The notes beneath the pieces are model-generated. The model had not been told where the DNA came from. It saw only the letters and a program-made list of their open reading frames with translations, and ran no database searches. Source: Chlamydiales bacterium (GTDB lineage Bacteria; Chlamydiota; Chlamydiia; Chlamydiales; JAAZZY01). Taken from it: a stretch of 64,000 nucleotides of DNA. The position numbers and the translations under genes were made by a program. The stretch spans positions 64,001 through 128,000 of the forward strand of contig CBDBKM010000005.1 of NCBI GenBank assembly GCA_965206695.1. The letters run 5' to 3'. Numbering within the stretch: position 1 is the stretch's first letter; every line of letters starts with the position of its first letter. Positions 33,326 through 44,705 of this stretch are shown here, piece after piece.

Positions 33326-35203
33326 TTGAATAGATTCATCAAACTCGCGTGGCATTTTTTTTTACTTATCATTATTTATGAAGGATTACGTCTTTTATTT
33401 TTAATCAACAATATCGATTTTTTTCAAGATTTTGCTACTAAAGACCTTCTCAAAACATTTATCTCAGGCCTTCGTTTTGATCTAGCCGGTATTGGATTTA
33501 TCAATTTCTTATATGTAATCCTTTATATGTTTCCCATAAAAGATGAGTGGATGAATAAATCCTATCTCGCATTTTTAAAATGGTTATTCGTCATTAGTAA
33601 TGGTATTTTTATTACAGCGAACATCTCCGATGCCGAATATTTTAAATTTTCCGGAACAAGGTTATCATTAAGTTCATTTAAAATTACGCAAGATTTAGCC
33701 GATCAATCTCTTCAATTGATCGGCTATTACTGGTATTTATCTCTTTTAATTATTTTTAATATCGGGTTTTTAGCCTACTTTTACGACAAACCTTTCTTAA
33801 AAAAATGGAACTTTAAATTTAATTTCTTCTCTCAAAATTTTCTTTTTCTTCTTATGATTTTTTTTATGGTCGTATTCGCAAGAGGTGGCTTACAACTTAA
33901 ACCTGTCATACCGGCCAATGCCTTCGCTAACAATAAGCCTCGCTTAGCTCAGCTTGCCTTAAATAGCTCTTTTACTATTTTAAAATCTTCTACACAAGAA
34001 CAACTCTCATCCCCTCATTATTTTAAAAATTGGAATGAAATATTAAATATTCTCAATAAAGAATCATCTGTAAATAAGGGTATTGATCCCTTACCGGAAA
34101 ACACTAATGTCGTTATTTTTATTTTAGAAAGCTTTGCATTGGAATATATGGGTTTGCCTAATAGCTACGAAGGATACACCCCTTTTCTTGATGAAATTGC
34201 TAACAACGGACATTTTTTTTATAACCATTTTGCAAATGGACGTCGCTCTATTGATGCTCTGCCTTCGATTTTAGGTGGTTTACCTGCCTTGATGGATACC
34301 GCTTTTATCGTCTCTAGATACCAAACATGTTCTTTAAACGGATTACCGGCAACATTAGATGAACGAGGATATTCAACAGCTTTTTTCCATGGAGGGAAAG
34401 AAGGGACAATGTATTTTGATGTTTTAACCAAAATGCTTGGCTTTCATCAATACTTCGGCGCTTCCGATTATCCCAATGAAAAGGACCATAGCGGTAGTTG
34501 GGGGATCCATGATCATTCTTTTTTTTCCTTTTCAATAGAACGGATTAATGAAATGAAAAAACCCTGCTTTTGCACTATTTTTAGTTTGAGCTCTCACCAT
34601 CCATATAATATTCCACCCGAACACGAAAATCATTTTCCTAAAGGAACTTTAGAAATTCATGAAAGCATTGGTTATGCTGATTATGCTTTAAGACAATTTT
34701 TTGAGAAAGCCAAAACACAAGATTGGTTTGATAATACCTTGTTCATATTCACCGCTGATCACACTTCTAAATCTGAATATCCCCAATACCAAACCAATAT
34801 AGGACGTTTTCGGATTCCATTAATTTTTTATCACCCGCAGAAATCATTACCTCTGGTATCAGAAAAGACTGTCGCTCAACATGTGGATATTACACCTACT
34901 ATTTTAGATTTATTGGGTATCCTACAGACTAAAAAAGCGTTATTTGGCAACTCGTTAATCAAAAAAGATAACAACCATTATGCCCTAATCTACAATTCTA
35001 ATACCTATTGGCTTGTTAAAGATGATTTTCTCACCCAGATGAATCCTGACGGTAGTATCGAATATTTCAACCGGGAACAAGACCCCCTTCAAACCAAGCA
35101 ACTATCCATACATGCTCGGCAAAAAAATCCGTTAGACAACTTGTTAAAAGCCAACATCCAATATTATAAGGATGGCCTTAAAGAAAATAAGATATCTTGG
35201 TAA
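33326..35203 (+). CDS. LTA synthase / sulfatase-family membrane protein
   Basis: Five N-terminal TMs (GLRFD, ARGG), NVVIFILES, GYTPFLD, SSHHPY, YADYAL, FTADH. Start TTG 33326 after a G-rich RBS. Confidence 0.9.
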   Translation: MNRFIKLAWHFFLLIIIYEGLRLLFLINNIDFFQDFATKDLLKTFISGLRFDLAGIGFINFLYVILYMFPIKDEWMNKSYLAFLKWLFVISNGIFITANISDAEYFKFSGTRLSLSSFKITQDLADQSLQLIGYYWYLSLLIIFNIGFLAYFYDKPFLKKWNFKFNFFSQNFLFLLMIFFMVVFARGGLQLKPVIPANAFANNKPRLAQLALNSSFTILKSSTQEQLSSPHYFKNWNEILNILNKESSVNKGIDPLPENTNVVIFILESFALEYMGLPNSYEGYTPFLDEIANNGHFFYNHFANGRRSIDALPSILGGLPALMDTAFIVSRYQTCSLNGLPATLDERGYSTAFFHGGKEGTMYFDVLTKMLGFHQYFGASDYPNEKDHSGSWGIHDHSFFSFSIERINEMKKPCFCTIFSLSSHHPYNIPPEHENHFPKGTLEIHESIGYADYALRQFFEKAKTQDWFDNTLFIFTADHTSKSEYPQYQTNIGRFRIPLIFYHPQKSLPLVSEKTVAQHVDITPTILDLLGILQTKKALFGNSLIKKDNNHYALIYNSNTYWLVKDDFLTQMNPDGSIEYFNREQDPLQTKQLSIHARQKNPLDNLLKANIQYYKDGLKENKISW

Positions 35204-35224
35204 AGGAAGGCTATCATCACAAGG

Positions 35225-35332
35225 TTGACAGCTCCCAACCCTACAGGGAAGGAATTCCTCATTCAATGACCATTGTAACAAGTCTTAGCCTAATATGATC
35301 TCCAAAAGCTTAAATTACCGACTGCCCTTCAG
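35225..35332 (-). mobile_element. Solo IS605 right end / omegaRNA scaffold
   Basis: ttgacagctcccaaccctacagggaaggaattcctc...aaattaccgactgccc. Confidence 0.85.
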
Positions 35333-35333
35333 A

Positions 35334-35940
35334 TATACACTCATCCACATTGGAAGCCGGACAGGAGCACTTGAAATGTATCATTCATTCGTGTCTTAAG
35401 CTTGTCTCTTAAAATCGGGATTTTTTCTTTAAAAAAGCCCCTTACCTCTCATTTAAAATCAGTGAATGTATTATAAAATTTATTATAAGTAACCGCTTCC
35501 CTCATCATTTTCCAAAGCCTTATCTATTGCATTTAAATTTGGAGAATAATGTAGGGGTAAATAGACATGCTCTATACGTGAAGTTTTTAAATATTCTGTG
35601 AATCAGTTTGTTGTTATTGGCTCTTCCGTTATCTAAAATGACATCTATTTTTGAAGCCTGTGAATGTTTTTCTAATCCTTTTAAGAAGTCAATAACCCCC
35701 TCTTCCTCCAATCATAGAATATTCTTTTGACCTGATTGTCATACCCTCAAGTCGCAAAGCTCCAATAATTAGGCCTCCCGGTTTGCTTCTTTCCGGTCTT
35801 AATCGTTTTCTTAACCCCTTTTTGGATCCACCCACATACAGTTTAGAGGATGTACTGCATCAAAAAAATAGATCTCTTCAGAATTTTGAAGACCGGCTTT
35901 TAATGCTTCCTATTCTTTAATAAATAAGTTTTTTGAGAAA
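35334..35940 (-). pseudogene. Degraded IS630-family transposase
   Basis: IYFFDAVHP, VILDNGR, SPNLNAI fragments. Confidence 0.8.
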
Positions 35941-35997
35941 AAGCTTAACATATTCATCAAATAATACGTATGAATTTATTTTATGGGATTGGTATTA

Positions 35998-38499
35998 CTA
36001 AAACCCTAAAGCATCTAAAACATCTTTCTCAACATATCGTTTTTCTCCTTTATTAGGATAACGATGCAAGAACAGGGCCGGATTAAAATTTAATTCGATA
36101 ATGGAGTGATTTTTTGAGGTTTTCTTACTTGTAGGGTTTTTGATGATGATATCAACACCACAAAAAGTGGCACGGACAATACGGGTAGCTTCAATCGCTA
36201 ATTGACAATAGTCGTCATGAAGAAGATCAGTCATATCAACAGGATCGCCTCCGGTAGAAACATTACTGTTTTTCCTTAAAAGAGCCTTTTCATTTTTTTT
36301 AGGGATGCTTTTAAAAGTAAAACCCTGTTCTTTTAATATAGAACTCTCTTCATCTCCCATTTGAATCCGATACTTTGGAATTTTGAATTCATTGGGATCG
36401 AAATTTTTCTTATGAATTAATTGTCCTATAGTATGAATACCATCCCCAACCACATGAGGAGGCTCTCTAAGGCAAACCGCTACGACTTTATAGTCGATTA
36501 CCAAAACACGATATTCCTTTCCAATGCAAAAGTTCTCTACCAAAACATCGTCTGATAATTTAAATGCTTTCTCTAAAGCTAGAGTGTATTCTTTTTCAGA
36601 ATTAGGATTTACAAAAGAAATGCCTAATCCATAATTCGTAGAGTTTGGTTTGACGACAATTTTTTTCTTAGAAAAGTATGAATAATCTTCAAAAGCCTTC
36701 TTTTGATCATAATAAATCCTTCCACATGGTACTTGCAGTCCTTTTTCTCTTAGAAGTTGTTTAGTCACTGATTTATTTTCCATTATCAGATAACTTATCA
36801 GGCTATCTTTTGATGTTTTAGTCCCTTGCTTGATTAGCTCCGTTTTAGATCCTCTTTTCAAACGGATAAAATTATCACCTCTATCTAAAACGGTAACATC
36901 TATGCCTCTATTTTGAACTTCGCGAATAATCATTTGAGTGGAAATTTCCATATCTTCAAAACCCGATAAAAACATGTCATCATGATACTCCAGCTCTTGT
37001 TGTTTTCTATTGGAGTCTACCGCCCATTTTTCCATCTCCTTTTCAAAACTTGGTGGTATCGAATACTGTTTACTTGCTCTTTTGTGCTTTTTGGCTAACT
37101 TTAAACCGAATTCTTTAAAGCTAATTTTCTCCTTTTGAAGTTGTTGCATGATGCGATAAGACGGTGTTAGGCTAACATCATTAAGCTTCTCTTTTTGCTT
37201 TTTTAAAACACTTATGTACCTGTTATCAGTATGATTAAGGTCTAGAAGTTTAGCTGTTTTTTCAATTCTATTCATAATCTCCATAGCCCAAGTTCTGAAA
37301 TTTATTGATTTACCATTTTTCTTTAATTTCAGTTTTGGATTTCTCCCTTCTAAAGTCACACGATTTTGATTGTAGCAGATTTCTTTTCGCTCAGTTTCTG
37401 TTATTGGAGAGCTTGTTTGAAAAAGACAGTCAATGATAAGTACATGTAAAAAATGTAACTGTTCTTCTGTTACCCCTACAGAATCAAACGGATCAAGATC
37501 AACAGCTCTGATTTCAATAAAACTAACCCCTTCATTTTTTAAAGCCTCAACCGAGCTAAGTTTAGAACCATAAGGTGCTTTCGGTCGAATACGTGAATAA
37601 TGCTCCGCCTCAATTTGTAAAACGTTATGATTTAACTGCAGATGTTTATTTTTTTTAAATAATCCAATCGTTTTAAAAGTAGAAGAAGAAGTAGATAGTG
37701 CCTTTTTCATATCCTGCAAATAAAAAGATAAGTCATTGAAGGAGATAGCATATTGGGCTTGAACACGACTATAATACCCTAATGCGCTCATTCTAATTGA
37801 AGTGGTATATTCTCCATAAAGTGTTCGATGCCGCATCAATGAAAGCTGTTTACAAGGTTTATCAAAATAAGAACGGTCAACAGCAGGAGAGGCGCCAAAA
37901 AAGTAGGCGTTGATCCATCCCCATCTTAAAAAATTACGCATTATTTTGAAGTAACATTTATTAATAAACTCCTGCAAGGAAGTATCAGGATCAAAATTGT
38001 TATGAAGGAGCCGGAAAAAATCTTCAGAAAATGAAAAATTATAATGAATTCCGGACATCGTCTGCATCTTTCTTCCATATCGAAAGCCGAGACCTCGACG
38101 ATATATTTTTTTCTCTTCTCCTAACTTAGATGACCCATAGTCAGCTAAAGGGATGTCTTTTGCTTTAGGTAGTAAGCAAGGCGAACTAAAAGGCCACATC
38201 CATTCCTTTTTCATATGATCGAAGGTATACTTTTGAAGATTTTTAAGATGCTGAATGGCCTTCTTTTCATTATTGAAAGTAGAGGTGATAAATTCTAATT
38301 GAGCCTCTGAAAAATCTGTACTGATATAAGGGTGAGTTAGTGAAGAACCCATGAAGTTAGGGTGAGGTTGCTGAGATAACTCAGCTATATTATTTACCCT
38401 TAAACACTCTTTCTCTAATCCGTGTTTCGAATGAAGAAATAGTTCATGTTGCCTATTTTCTTCAAACAGCTTGAAGATTTGGGGATAATTCCAGCTCAT
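35998..38499 (-). CDS. gshAB: Bifunctional glutamate-cysteine ligase / glutathione synthetase
   Basis: GLEKECLRV, HPYISTDFSEAQLE, SGIHYNFS, then MEISTQ and an ATP-grasp domain (VKPNSTNYGLGIS, NSNVSTGGD, IIELNFNP). Confidence 0.93.
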   Translation of the reverse strand: MSWNYPQIFKLFEENRQHELFLHSKHGLEKECLRVNNIAELSQQPHPNFMGSSLTHPYISTDFSEAQLEFITSTFNNEKKAIQHLKNLQKYTFDHMKKEWMWPFSSPCLLPKAKDIPLADYGSSKLGEEKKIYRRGLGFRYGRKMQTMSGIHYNFSFSEDFFRLLHNNFDPDTSLQEFINKCYFKIMRNFLRWGWINAYFFGASPAVDRSYFDKPCKQLSLMRHRTLYGEYTTSIRMSALGYYSRVQAQYAISFNDLSFYLQDMKKALSTSSSTFKTIGLFKKNKHLQLNHNVLQIEAEHYSRIRPKAPYGSKLSSVEALKNEGVSFIEIRAVDLDPFDSVGVTEEQLHFLHVLIIDCLFQTSSPITETERKEICYNQNRVTLEGRNPKLKLKKNGKSINFRTWAMEIMNRIEKTAKLLDLNHTDNRYISVLKKQKEKLNDVSLTPSYRIMQQLQKEKISFKEFGLKLAKKHKRASKQYSIPPSFEKEMEKWAVDSNRKQQELEYHDDMFLSGFEDMEISTQMIIREVQNRGIDVTVLDRGDNFIRLKRGSKTELIKQGTKTSKDSLISYLIMENKSVTKQLLREKGLQVPCGRIYYDQKKAFEDYSYFSKKKIVVKPNSTNYGLGISFVNPNSEKEYTLALEKAFKLSDDVLVENFCIGKEYRVLVIDYKVVAVCLREPPHVVGDGIHTIGQLIHKKNFDPNEFKIPKYRIQMGDEESSILKEQGFTFKSIPKKNEKALLRKNSNVSTGGDPVDMTDLLHDDYCQLAIEATRIVRATFCGVDIIIKNPTSKKTSKNHSIIELNFNPALFLHRYPNKGEKRYVEKDVLDALGF

Positions 38500-38698
38500 T
38501 TTAATACATTTAAATCTATAGAGTATATCATCTTGAGGTCACAGATCAGATCAGTAAAAAAGACCTTATTTATTCCTTATTCTTCTCATTTTTGATATAA
38601 GACCTAACATATTAAAAAGAAATGCCCTTTGTTAACAAGACTCTTGATTAGGAATAGAAAAAAAGATAAGGTGCAAATTTTGAAATAGCTTAAAAAAT

Positions 38699-39976
38699 AT
38701 GGACCGTGAACAAAACTTTATGAAGTGGTTGATTTGGTCATTAGCCGCTTTTTTCTATTTGTATGAATACTTTTTAAGAGTTTCACCTAGCGTTATGATC
38801 TCAGAGCTTATGGGAACATTTCATGTCAACGCGACTATTATCGGAACCATGTCAGCTTTTTATCTATATTCATACGCTTCGATGCAACTACCCGTCGGTC
38901 TTTTAATGGACCGCTTTGGTTCACGTAAGTTGTTAACCTTAGCCGCTTTTGTCTGTGGTCTTGGGGGTTTGTTTTTTGGCTTTTCTCAAGAAATTTGGAC
39001 AGCTGGCTTGGGTCGGTTATTTATGGGTTTTGGCTCTGCCTTTGCCTTTGTTGCCATGATTTATGTCTGCTCACACTGGTTTCCTACTAAAAGACTTGCT
39101 CTTTTAGTAGGGTTAGCCAATTCACTCGGTATGCTGGGTGCCGTTGCAGGTCAAGGCCCTTTAAGTCTTATGGTAAGAATCTTCGGTTGGCGAGATACTT
39201 CTATTTATGGATTTGGAATTATTGGAATTCTTTTAGCGATAATCATCTTTGTATTTGTTAGAAATGATCCTCCCAATATTCAAGAACATCAAAAAAGAAC
39301 AGAGTCGGTTAAAGAATTACTAAGAGGCTTCAAAGACGTTTTTTTAAATTTCTTTACTTGGGTGAATGCTTTAGGAGCTTTACTTTTTTATCTAACGACT
39401 AGTGTTTTTGCCGGCCTTTGGGGTATCCCATTTCTCCATGTCGCTCACAAAATGGATATTAATACCGCTAGCTTCGCTACTTCCATGATCTTCGTTGGCT
39501 GGTTAGTTGGGGGTCCTCTTGTTGGCATTATCTCCGATAAGTTAAGATCAAGAAAATTAGTTATTTTGGTGTCTATCGTTTTCACGTTTATCCTTCTTTG
39601 CCCGGTTATTTATACGCAAGGAATGCATCCCTACCCGATTTTTATCCTGCTATTTTTAGTCGGCTTATTCTCTTCTGCTGAACTGTTAAGTTTTAGCCTG
39701 GCTATTGAACTTAACCCACGGCTTGCTAAAGCCTCTTCCGTAGCCCTTACTAATTGCTTGATTGCATTCGCAGGATCGGGTCTTCAACCTCTGGTAGGGT
39801 ATTTATTGGATACCGTTTGGGATGGTCATAGAATAAAAGGCATCGCTATCTATACTGTAGATAATTACCTATACGCGATGAGTGTTTTCCCTATTACTTT
39901 GATACTGGCGTTTTTTGTCTATCTGTTCGTGAAAGAAAAAAAACATCAATCGCATATTCACATCACGAACAACTAA
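38699..39976 (+). CDS. MFS transporter
   Basis: About 12 TMs, GLLMDRFGSRK motif A. Confidence 0.9.
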   Translation: MDREQNFMKWLIWSLAAFFYLYEYFLRVSPSVMISELMGTFHVNATIIGTMSAFYLYSYASMQLPVGLLMDRFGSRKLLTLAAFVCGLGGLFFGFSQEIWTAGLGRLFMGFGSAFAFVAMIYVCSHWFPTKRLALLVGLANSLGMLGAVAGQGPLSLMVRIFGWRDTSIYGFGIIGILLAIIIFVFVRNDPPNIQEHQKRTESVKELLRGFKDVFLNFFTWVNALGALLFYLTTSVFAGLWGIPFLHVAHKMDINTASFATSMIFVGWLVGGPLVGIISDKLRSRKLVILVSIVFTFILLCPVIYTQGMHPYPIFILLFLVGLFSSAELLSFSLAIELNPRLAKASSVALTNCLIAFAGSGLQPLVGYLLDTVWDGHRIKGIAIYTVDNYLYAMSVFPITLILAFFVYLFVKEKKHQSHIHITNN

Positions 39977-40116
39977 TTTAATACAACTCATTTCTTCTTT
40001 TTACCTGCTTTTTTTGCTAACTATCTTTAGTTGATGATTAATGTTCTTTTATCATATAAATATTGTTATCATTTTTATATTTGATTTATAAAACTACAAT
40101 ATATGGGGTATACAAA

Positions 40117-40710
40117 ATGACTTTTAAACAGCCTGAACTTCCTTATTCACTAAATGCTTTGCAACCCTTTGTCTCCGAAGAGCAGATGCATTATCACTAT
40201 AATAAGCATCATGCAGCTTATTTTAACAAGCTCAATGGGCTTGTCGACGGGAAACCTGTAAGTGACCTACCTATTAGAGATCTAGTCGTTCAATCATCGG
40301 GTGGTATTTTTAATAATGCTGCCCAAGCATGGAATCATACTTTTTTCTGGAATTGTATGTCTGCTTCCGGTGGAAGAATGCCTAAAGGCGACCTGAAAGC
40401 TGCAATCGAAAGAGATTTTGAAAGCATGGATAACTTTAAAAAGCAACTCTCGGACGCAGCTGCTGCTCTCTTCGGTTCAGGATGGGCATGGCTGGCTTGC
40501 GACAAGCAAGGTAAATTAGAGATTTTACCGTTAAGTAATGCCGATACTCCTCTAAAACATGATAAAGAACCTATTCTTACATTAGATGTTTGGGAACATG
40601 CTTATTATATCGATTATCGAAATGAGCGCCCTCGTTTTATTGAAGGTTTTTGGGATGTTATCAATTGGGATTTTGCAGCTGAATGCTTTGCCGGTTCGCA
40701 GAAAAGCTAA
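40117..40710 (+). CDS. sodB: Fe/Mn superoxide dismutase (Fe-type signature)
   Basis: HYNKHH, FNNAAQAWNH, FGSGWAW, DVWEHAYY. Confidence 0.93.
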   Translation: MTFKQPELPYSLNALQPFVSEEQMHYHYNKHHAAYFNKLNGLVDGKPVSDLPIRDLVVQSSGGIFNNAAQAWNHTFFWNCMSASGGRMPKGDLKAAIERDFESMDNFKKQLSDAAAALFGSGWAWLACDKQGKLEILPLSNADTPLKHDKEPILTLDVWEHAYYIDYRNERPRFIEGFWDVINWDFAAECFAGSQKS

Positions 40711-40728
40711 TTTCCTTCATTACCTTTT

Positions 40729-40758
40729 CGAGATAAGAATATATAGATTCTTATCTCG
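40729..40758 (+). terminator. Perfect 12-bp hairpin after sodB
   Basis: cgagataagaat-atatag-attcttatctcg; weak U tract. Confidence 0.6.
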
Positions 40759-41048
40759 CCTTCTTAACGCGTCTAACTCACCCTAAATGGCCATGGAAAA
40801 GTCGCTTATTTTTCAGCAGCTTCTGCAGCTGTTGTCATCTTGTTTATCGATTATGGCTCGAAATCTATTTGACATTTAAAGAAGATCTAACCATAAAAAG
40901 CATACATGAAAATACATGTCAATTCGAGATGACACCGGCAAAAGACTTTCCAAAAGGTAAGATTTATATCACAGCGCATCAAAAGCCGGAAAAGCATACC
41001 GAAGCCTATCCGTTAGGACACCCTGAATTAATTAATATATCTTAGTAT

Positions 41049-43126
41049 ATGAAAGTCGTTTTAGCCGAAAAACCCAGCGTCGCAAGAGATATCGCATCCT
41101 TTTTAAAAGCTAATACTAAAGGCAATGGCTATTTTGAAGGTAATGGTTATCAGGTTACATGGGCATTCGGACATTTAGTCACCTTAAAAGACCCGAATGA
41201 GTACGATCCCGGTTTAAAAAAATGGACCTTATCTACTCTCCCCTTTATTCCTAAAGATTTTGAATTGAAACTCGTCAATAATCAAGGGGTAAAAACCCGG
41301 TTTCAAGTAATTAAAAAGCTGTTTAAGGCAAGCGGATGAAATCATCTGCGCTACAGATGCCGGAAGAGAGGGAGAGCTTATCTTTCGCTATATTCTGAAG
41401 ATGAGTAATTGTGAAAAAAAGCCCTTTTGCCGTCTTTGGTTAACTTCTTTAACCAATGAGGCAATTAAGTCGGGTTTTAAACAATTACAACCCGGAGAGG
41501 TCTATAACAACCTATATATGGCTGCTAAATGCAGAAGTGAATCTGATTGGGTAGTGGGAATAAATGGCACGCGAAATTTTACTGTGCGATATGGAAAAGG
41601 AACTCTTTGGAGCATCGGAAGGGTACAAACACCTGTTTTAGCTATGATCGTTGCAAGAGATGATGAAATTCGAAACTTTGTCCTTCAAAATTTTTGGGAG
41701 CTTTTTTCCACTTTTAAAAACGTAGCTTTTAAATATACCGGTAAACGTTTTGATAAAAAAGAAAAAGCAGAAGTTGCAAAAGCCAAAGTTGCATCTCATC
41801 CTTTCAGCATAACAAAAATTCAAAGCAAACAGGAAAAGCAACAACCCTCCTTCTTTTATATGACCTAACCGATTTACAGCGAGACATGAACCGTCGATAT
41901 GCTATGAGTGCATCGGATACGTTAAAAATTGCTCAAACCCTATATGAAAGTAAAATTCTGACTTATCCCAGAACCGATTCACGTTTTTTAAGCAATGATA
42001 TGAAAAAGGACATTATTCATACACTTCATAAATTAAAAGCCATAAAATCAAATGAAATCGACGTGCTAAATTTGAATGCACTTCCTTTTACATCTCGCAT
42101 TATCAATGATAAAAAAGTATCCGATCACCCATGCTATTATCCCTACCGGCAAAATCCCTTCAGGCCTTCCACTATCTCATCAACAGGTTTTTGATGCCGT
42201 TGTGTTACGCCTTATCTCCGGTTTTTATCCTAATTGCACTAAGCAGGTTAAAACAGTTGAGGGAGAGAGTAATGAATTAAAATTTCAAGCTAAAGGCATT
42301 CAAGTCATAGAGCCCGGTTGGACACGATTATATCCTAAAACTAAAAAAGATGATGAACAAGAATTGCCTGAATTTAAAGAAGGTGAAACGGGTCCTCATA
42401 ATCCATATATCAAAGAAGGTAAAACCAAGCCCCCCTAAATATTATTCTGAAAATTCACTACTTGGCTCCATGGAAACCGCAGGAAAGATGGTGGAAGATG
42501 AGACGTTAAGAGAAGCATTAAAACAAAGAGGCCTTGGAACACCGTCAACTAGAGCTGCTATTATTGAGACTTTACTCAAAAGAGGATACATCGAAAGAAA
42601 GAAAAAAACTCTTGTAGCTACTGCTAATGGTCGATATTTAATTACGTTAGTACAAAACCCCAATTTAAAATCTCCGGAGCTTACCGGTATTTGGGAGTCC
42701 AAATTAAAAGAAATCGAACATGGTGGTTTAGATTCTAACCAATTTATGAATGAAATTTACGGTTATACCAAGGAACTTATTGAAACGAGTAATCTAACTG
42801 AGATTGACCCAAATCAACTGGGTCCTTGCCCTCTTTGTAATAGCTCCGTTATTCAAGGAAAGAAGGGCTTCGGATGTTCTCAATGGAAAAAAGGCTGCAC
42901 ATTCGTTTTATGGAGAGAATACAAGGGAGTCACTCTTTCTACGAATCATATCCAAAAGCTATTGCAAAAAAGGGTCATTTTATCGCCCGTCAACGTACCT
43001 GAATTAGGAAATGTCATCTTAACACTTTCCGATTCAGGTATCGTTAAAGAACAACCCGTTCCAAATGAAGCGCCTGCCTTTAAGAAGCGGTATCCGAAAA
43101 AGGCCTATTCTAAGCGGCGACAATAA
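41049..43126 (+). CDS. topB: DNA topoisomerase III with four +1 frameshifts (pseudogene or sequencing errors)
   Basis: AEKPSVA, TDAGREGELI, GRVQTP, TYPRTD, GLGTPSTRA, C-terminal Zn ribbon. Confidence 0.88.
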
Positions 43127-43931
43127 TCGTTGACGTATTCACAGGTAAAAAAATTTTATTGCCGGGGTTTTCCGAAATTTTTTCCATGCTCCGGCGAGAT
43201 TTCTCAGCTTTTAAGATCTCTGTTGCATTTTCTATTCCTACTTGTAAAGCTAATGTTTGCAAGTATAGACTCTCTGATTCAGCTACCATTTTTAGTGCTC
43301 TAGTATTTGCTTCAGTTTCTATTATTAATGCTGTTGCTTTAGACTCTGCTCTCATCACTTCCGCTAATGCAGATCCTTCAGCTTCTGTAATAACGGCTCG
43401 CTTTTCTCTTTCTGCAATCATTTCTTTCATCATAGCTTTTGCTGTTACATCTGAATAGGTCAATTCCTGTAATTCAACTCTAATCAATTTAACACCCCAT
43501 TTATCTACAGTTGATGATAACTCATTTAAAATATTTTCATTGAGAAGAACACGTGATGATAATATTTCATCGAATTGCATAGTCCCTATGTTCGAGCGAA
43601 GAGCATTTAAAGCAATATCAGCAATAGTAGAGGGTAAGATATCAACTTCATAAGCTGCTTTGACCGGATCAATAATTCTCCATGATATGGATGTGTTAGC
43701 TTTAATCGTTACATTATCTTTGGTCTGACAGTGTCTAACAGATGTATTCGTTTGTTGTTCTGTTAACTCGATATAACAACCTTCTTTATTAGCTACTCTC
43801 CCCCATGTATCAAGCTTTTTAACAGATTCGGTAAAAGGGTTGAGAACATTTAGCCCGGCAGTTAGGGTACGATCGAATTTGCCCCATCTCTCTACCAGAG
43901 CAACATGGCCTTGTGGCACAGTATAAAACAT
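43110..43931 (-). CDS. SPFH/band-7 domain protein
   Basis: VPQG...VERWGKF, TKDNV, WGVKLIRVE, AEREKRA.I.EAEG. Confidence 0.9.
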   Translation of the reverse strand: MFYTVPQGHVALVERWGKFDRTLTAGLNVLNPFTESVKKLDTWGRVANKEGCYIELTEQQTNTSVRHCQTKDNVTIKANTSISWRIIDPVKAAYEVDILPSTIADIALNALRSNIGTMQFDEILSSRVLLNENILNELSSTVDKWGVKLIRVELQELTYSDVTAKAMMKEMIAEREKRAVITEAEGSALAEVMRAESKATALIIETEANTRALKMVAESESLYLQTLALQVGIENATEILKAEKSRRSMEKISENPGNKIFLPVNTSTIIVAA

Positions 43932-44078
43932 AGATAACCTACTGATTATAATTAAAGATTACATAAATATTATATTAAAATTATAAAAAAATCAAGATTG
44001 GAAATATTGTCTTATAAAAGAAATCGTTTATCCGGCAAGCTGGCAAATTATGAACTTTACTCGGGAAAAGACGCTGAA

Positions 44079-44705
44079 ATGGAAGAACTCGAATTCTATT
44101 TTAAAGGTATTTTAATCGGTTTTATTATAGCAGCTCCGATTGGTGCTATAGGAGCCCTTTGCGTTAGAAGAACTATTACGGAAGGTAGACGGGCAGGCCT
44201 TTTAACAGGTTTAGGAGCCGCTATGGCAGATGGTGTATATGGAGCTATCGCCGGTTTTGGTTTAACCTATATCTCTCATCTAATTTTACAATCTGAAGAT
44301 TGGTTACGCCCAATAGCAGGAGTATTTCTGCTTGCTATAGGCATTAAAATCTTTATCTCAAAGCCTGCAATTGATACACAACCGGTAAAAATCAGGCATT
44401 CGCTAGGTGATTTTTCTTCCGCTTTTTTTTTAGGATTGACCAATCCATTAACCATTTTGGCATTCCTTGCCTTATTTTCAGCCCTTGGTCTTGATAAAGC
44501 GACACATACCTATCTTACAGCAACAGCTCTTGTAATAGGTGTTATTTGTGGTTCTATTCTTTGCTGGTTACTTTTAATAGAAGCCGTTTCGTTTTTCCGA
44601 GAAAAGATCAACCATAACAGTATGACTTGGGTGAACAAAATTACCGGGATGTTTCTCCTGGGATGCGGCGTCATAGCTATTATCAGCACATTTATTAAAG
44701 CTTAA
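44079..44705 (+). CDS. LysE-family transporter
   Basis: AAPIG..G.LCVRRT, GLGAAMAD, LTNP. Confidence 0.88.
   Translation: MEELEFYFKGILIGFIIAAPIGAIGALCVRRTITEGRRAGLLTGLGAAMADGVYGAIAGFGLTYISHLILQSEDWLRPIAGVFLLAIGIKIFISKPAIDTQPVKIRHSLGDFSSAFFLGLTNPLTILAFLALFSALGLDKATHTYLTATALVIGVICGSILCWLLLIEAVSFFREKINHNSMTWVNKITGMFLLGCGVIAIISTFIKA

Noticed and set aside
33190..35332. Composite transposon around the sulfatase (also around MgtC)
   Set aside because: Two inverted right ends cannot be excised by TnpA, which needs LE and RE on the same strand.
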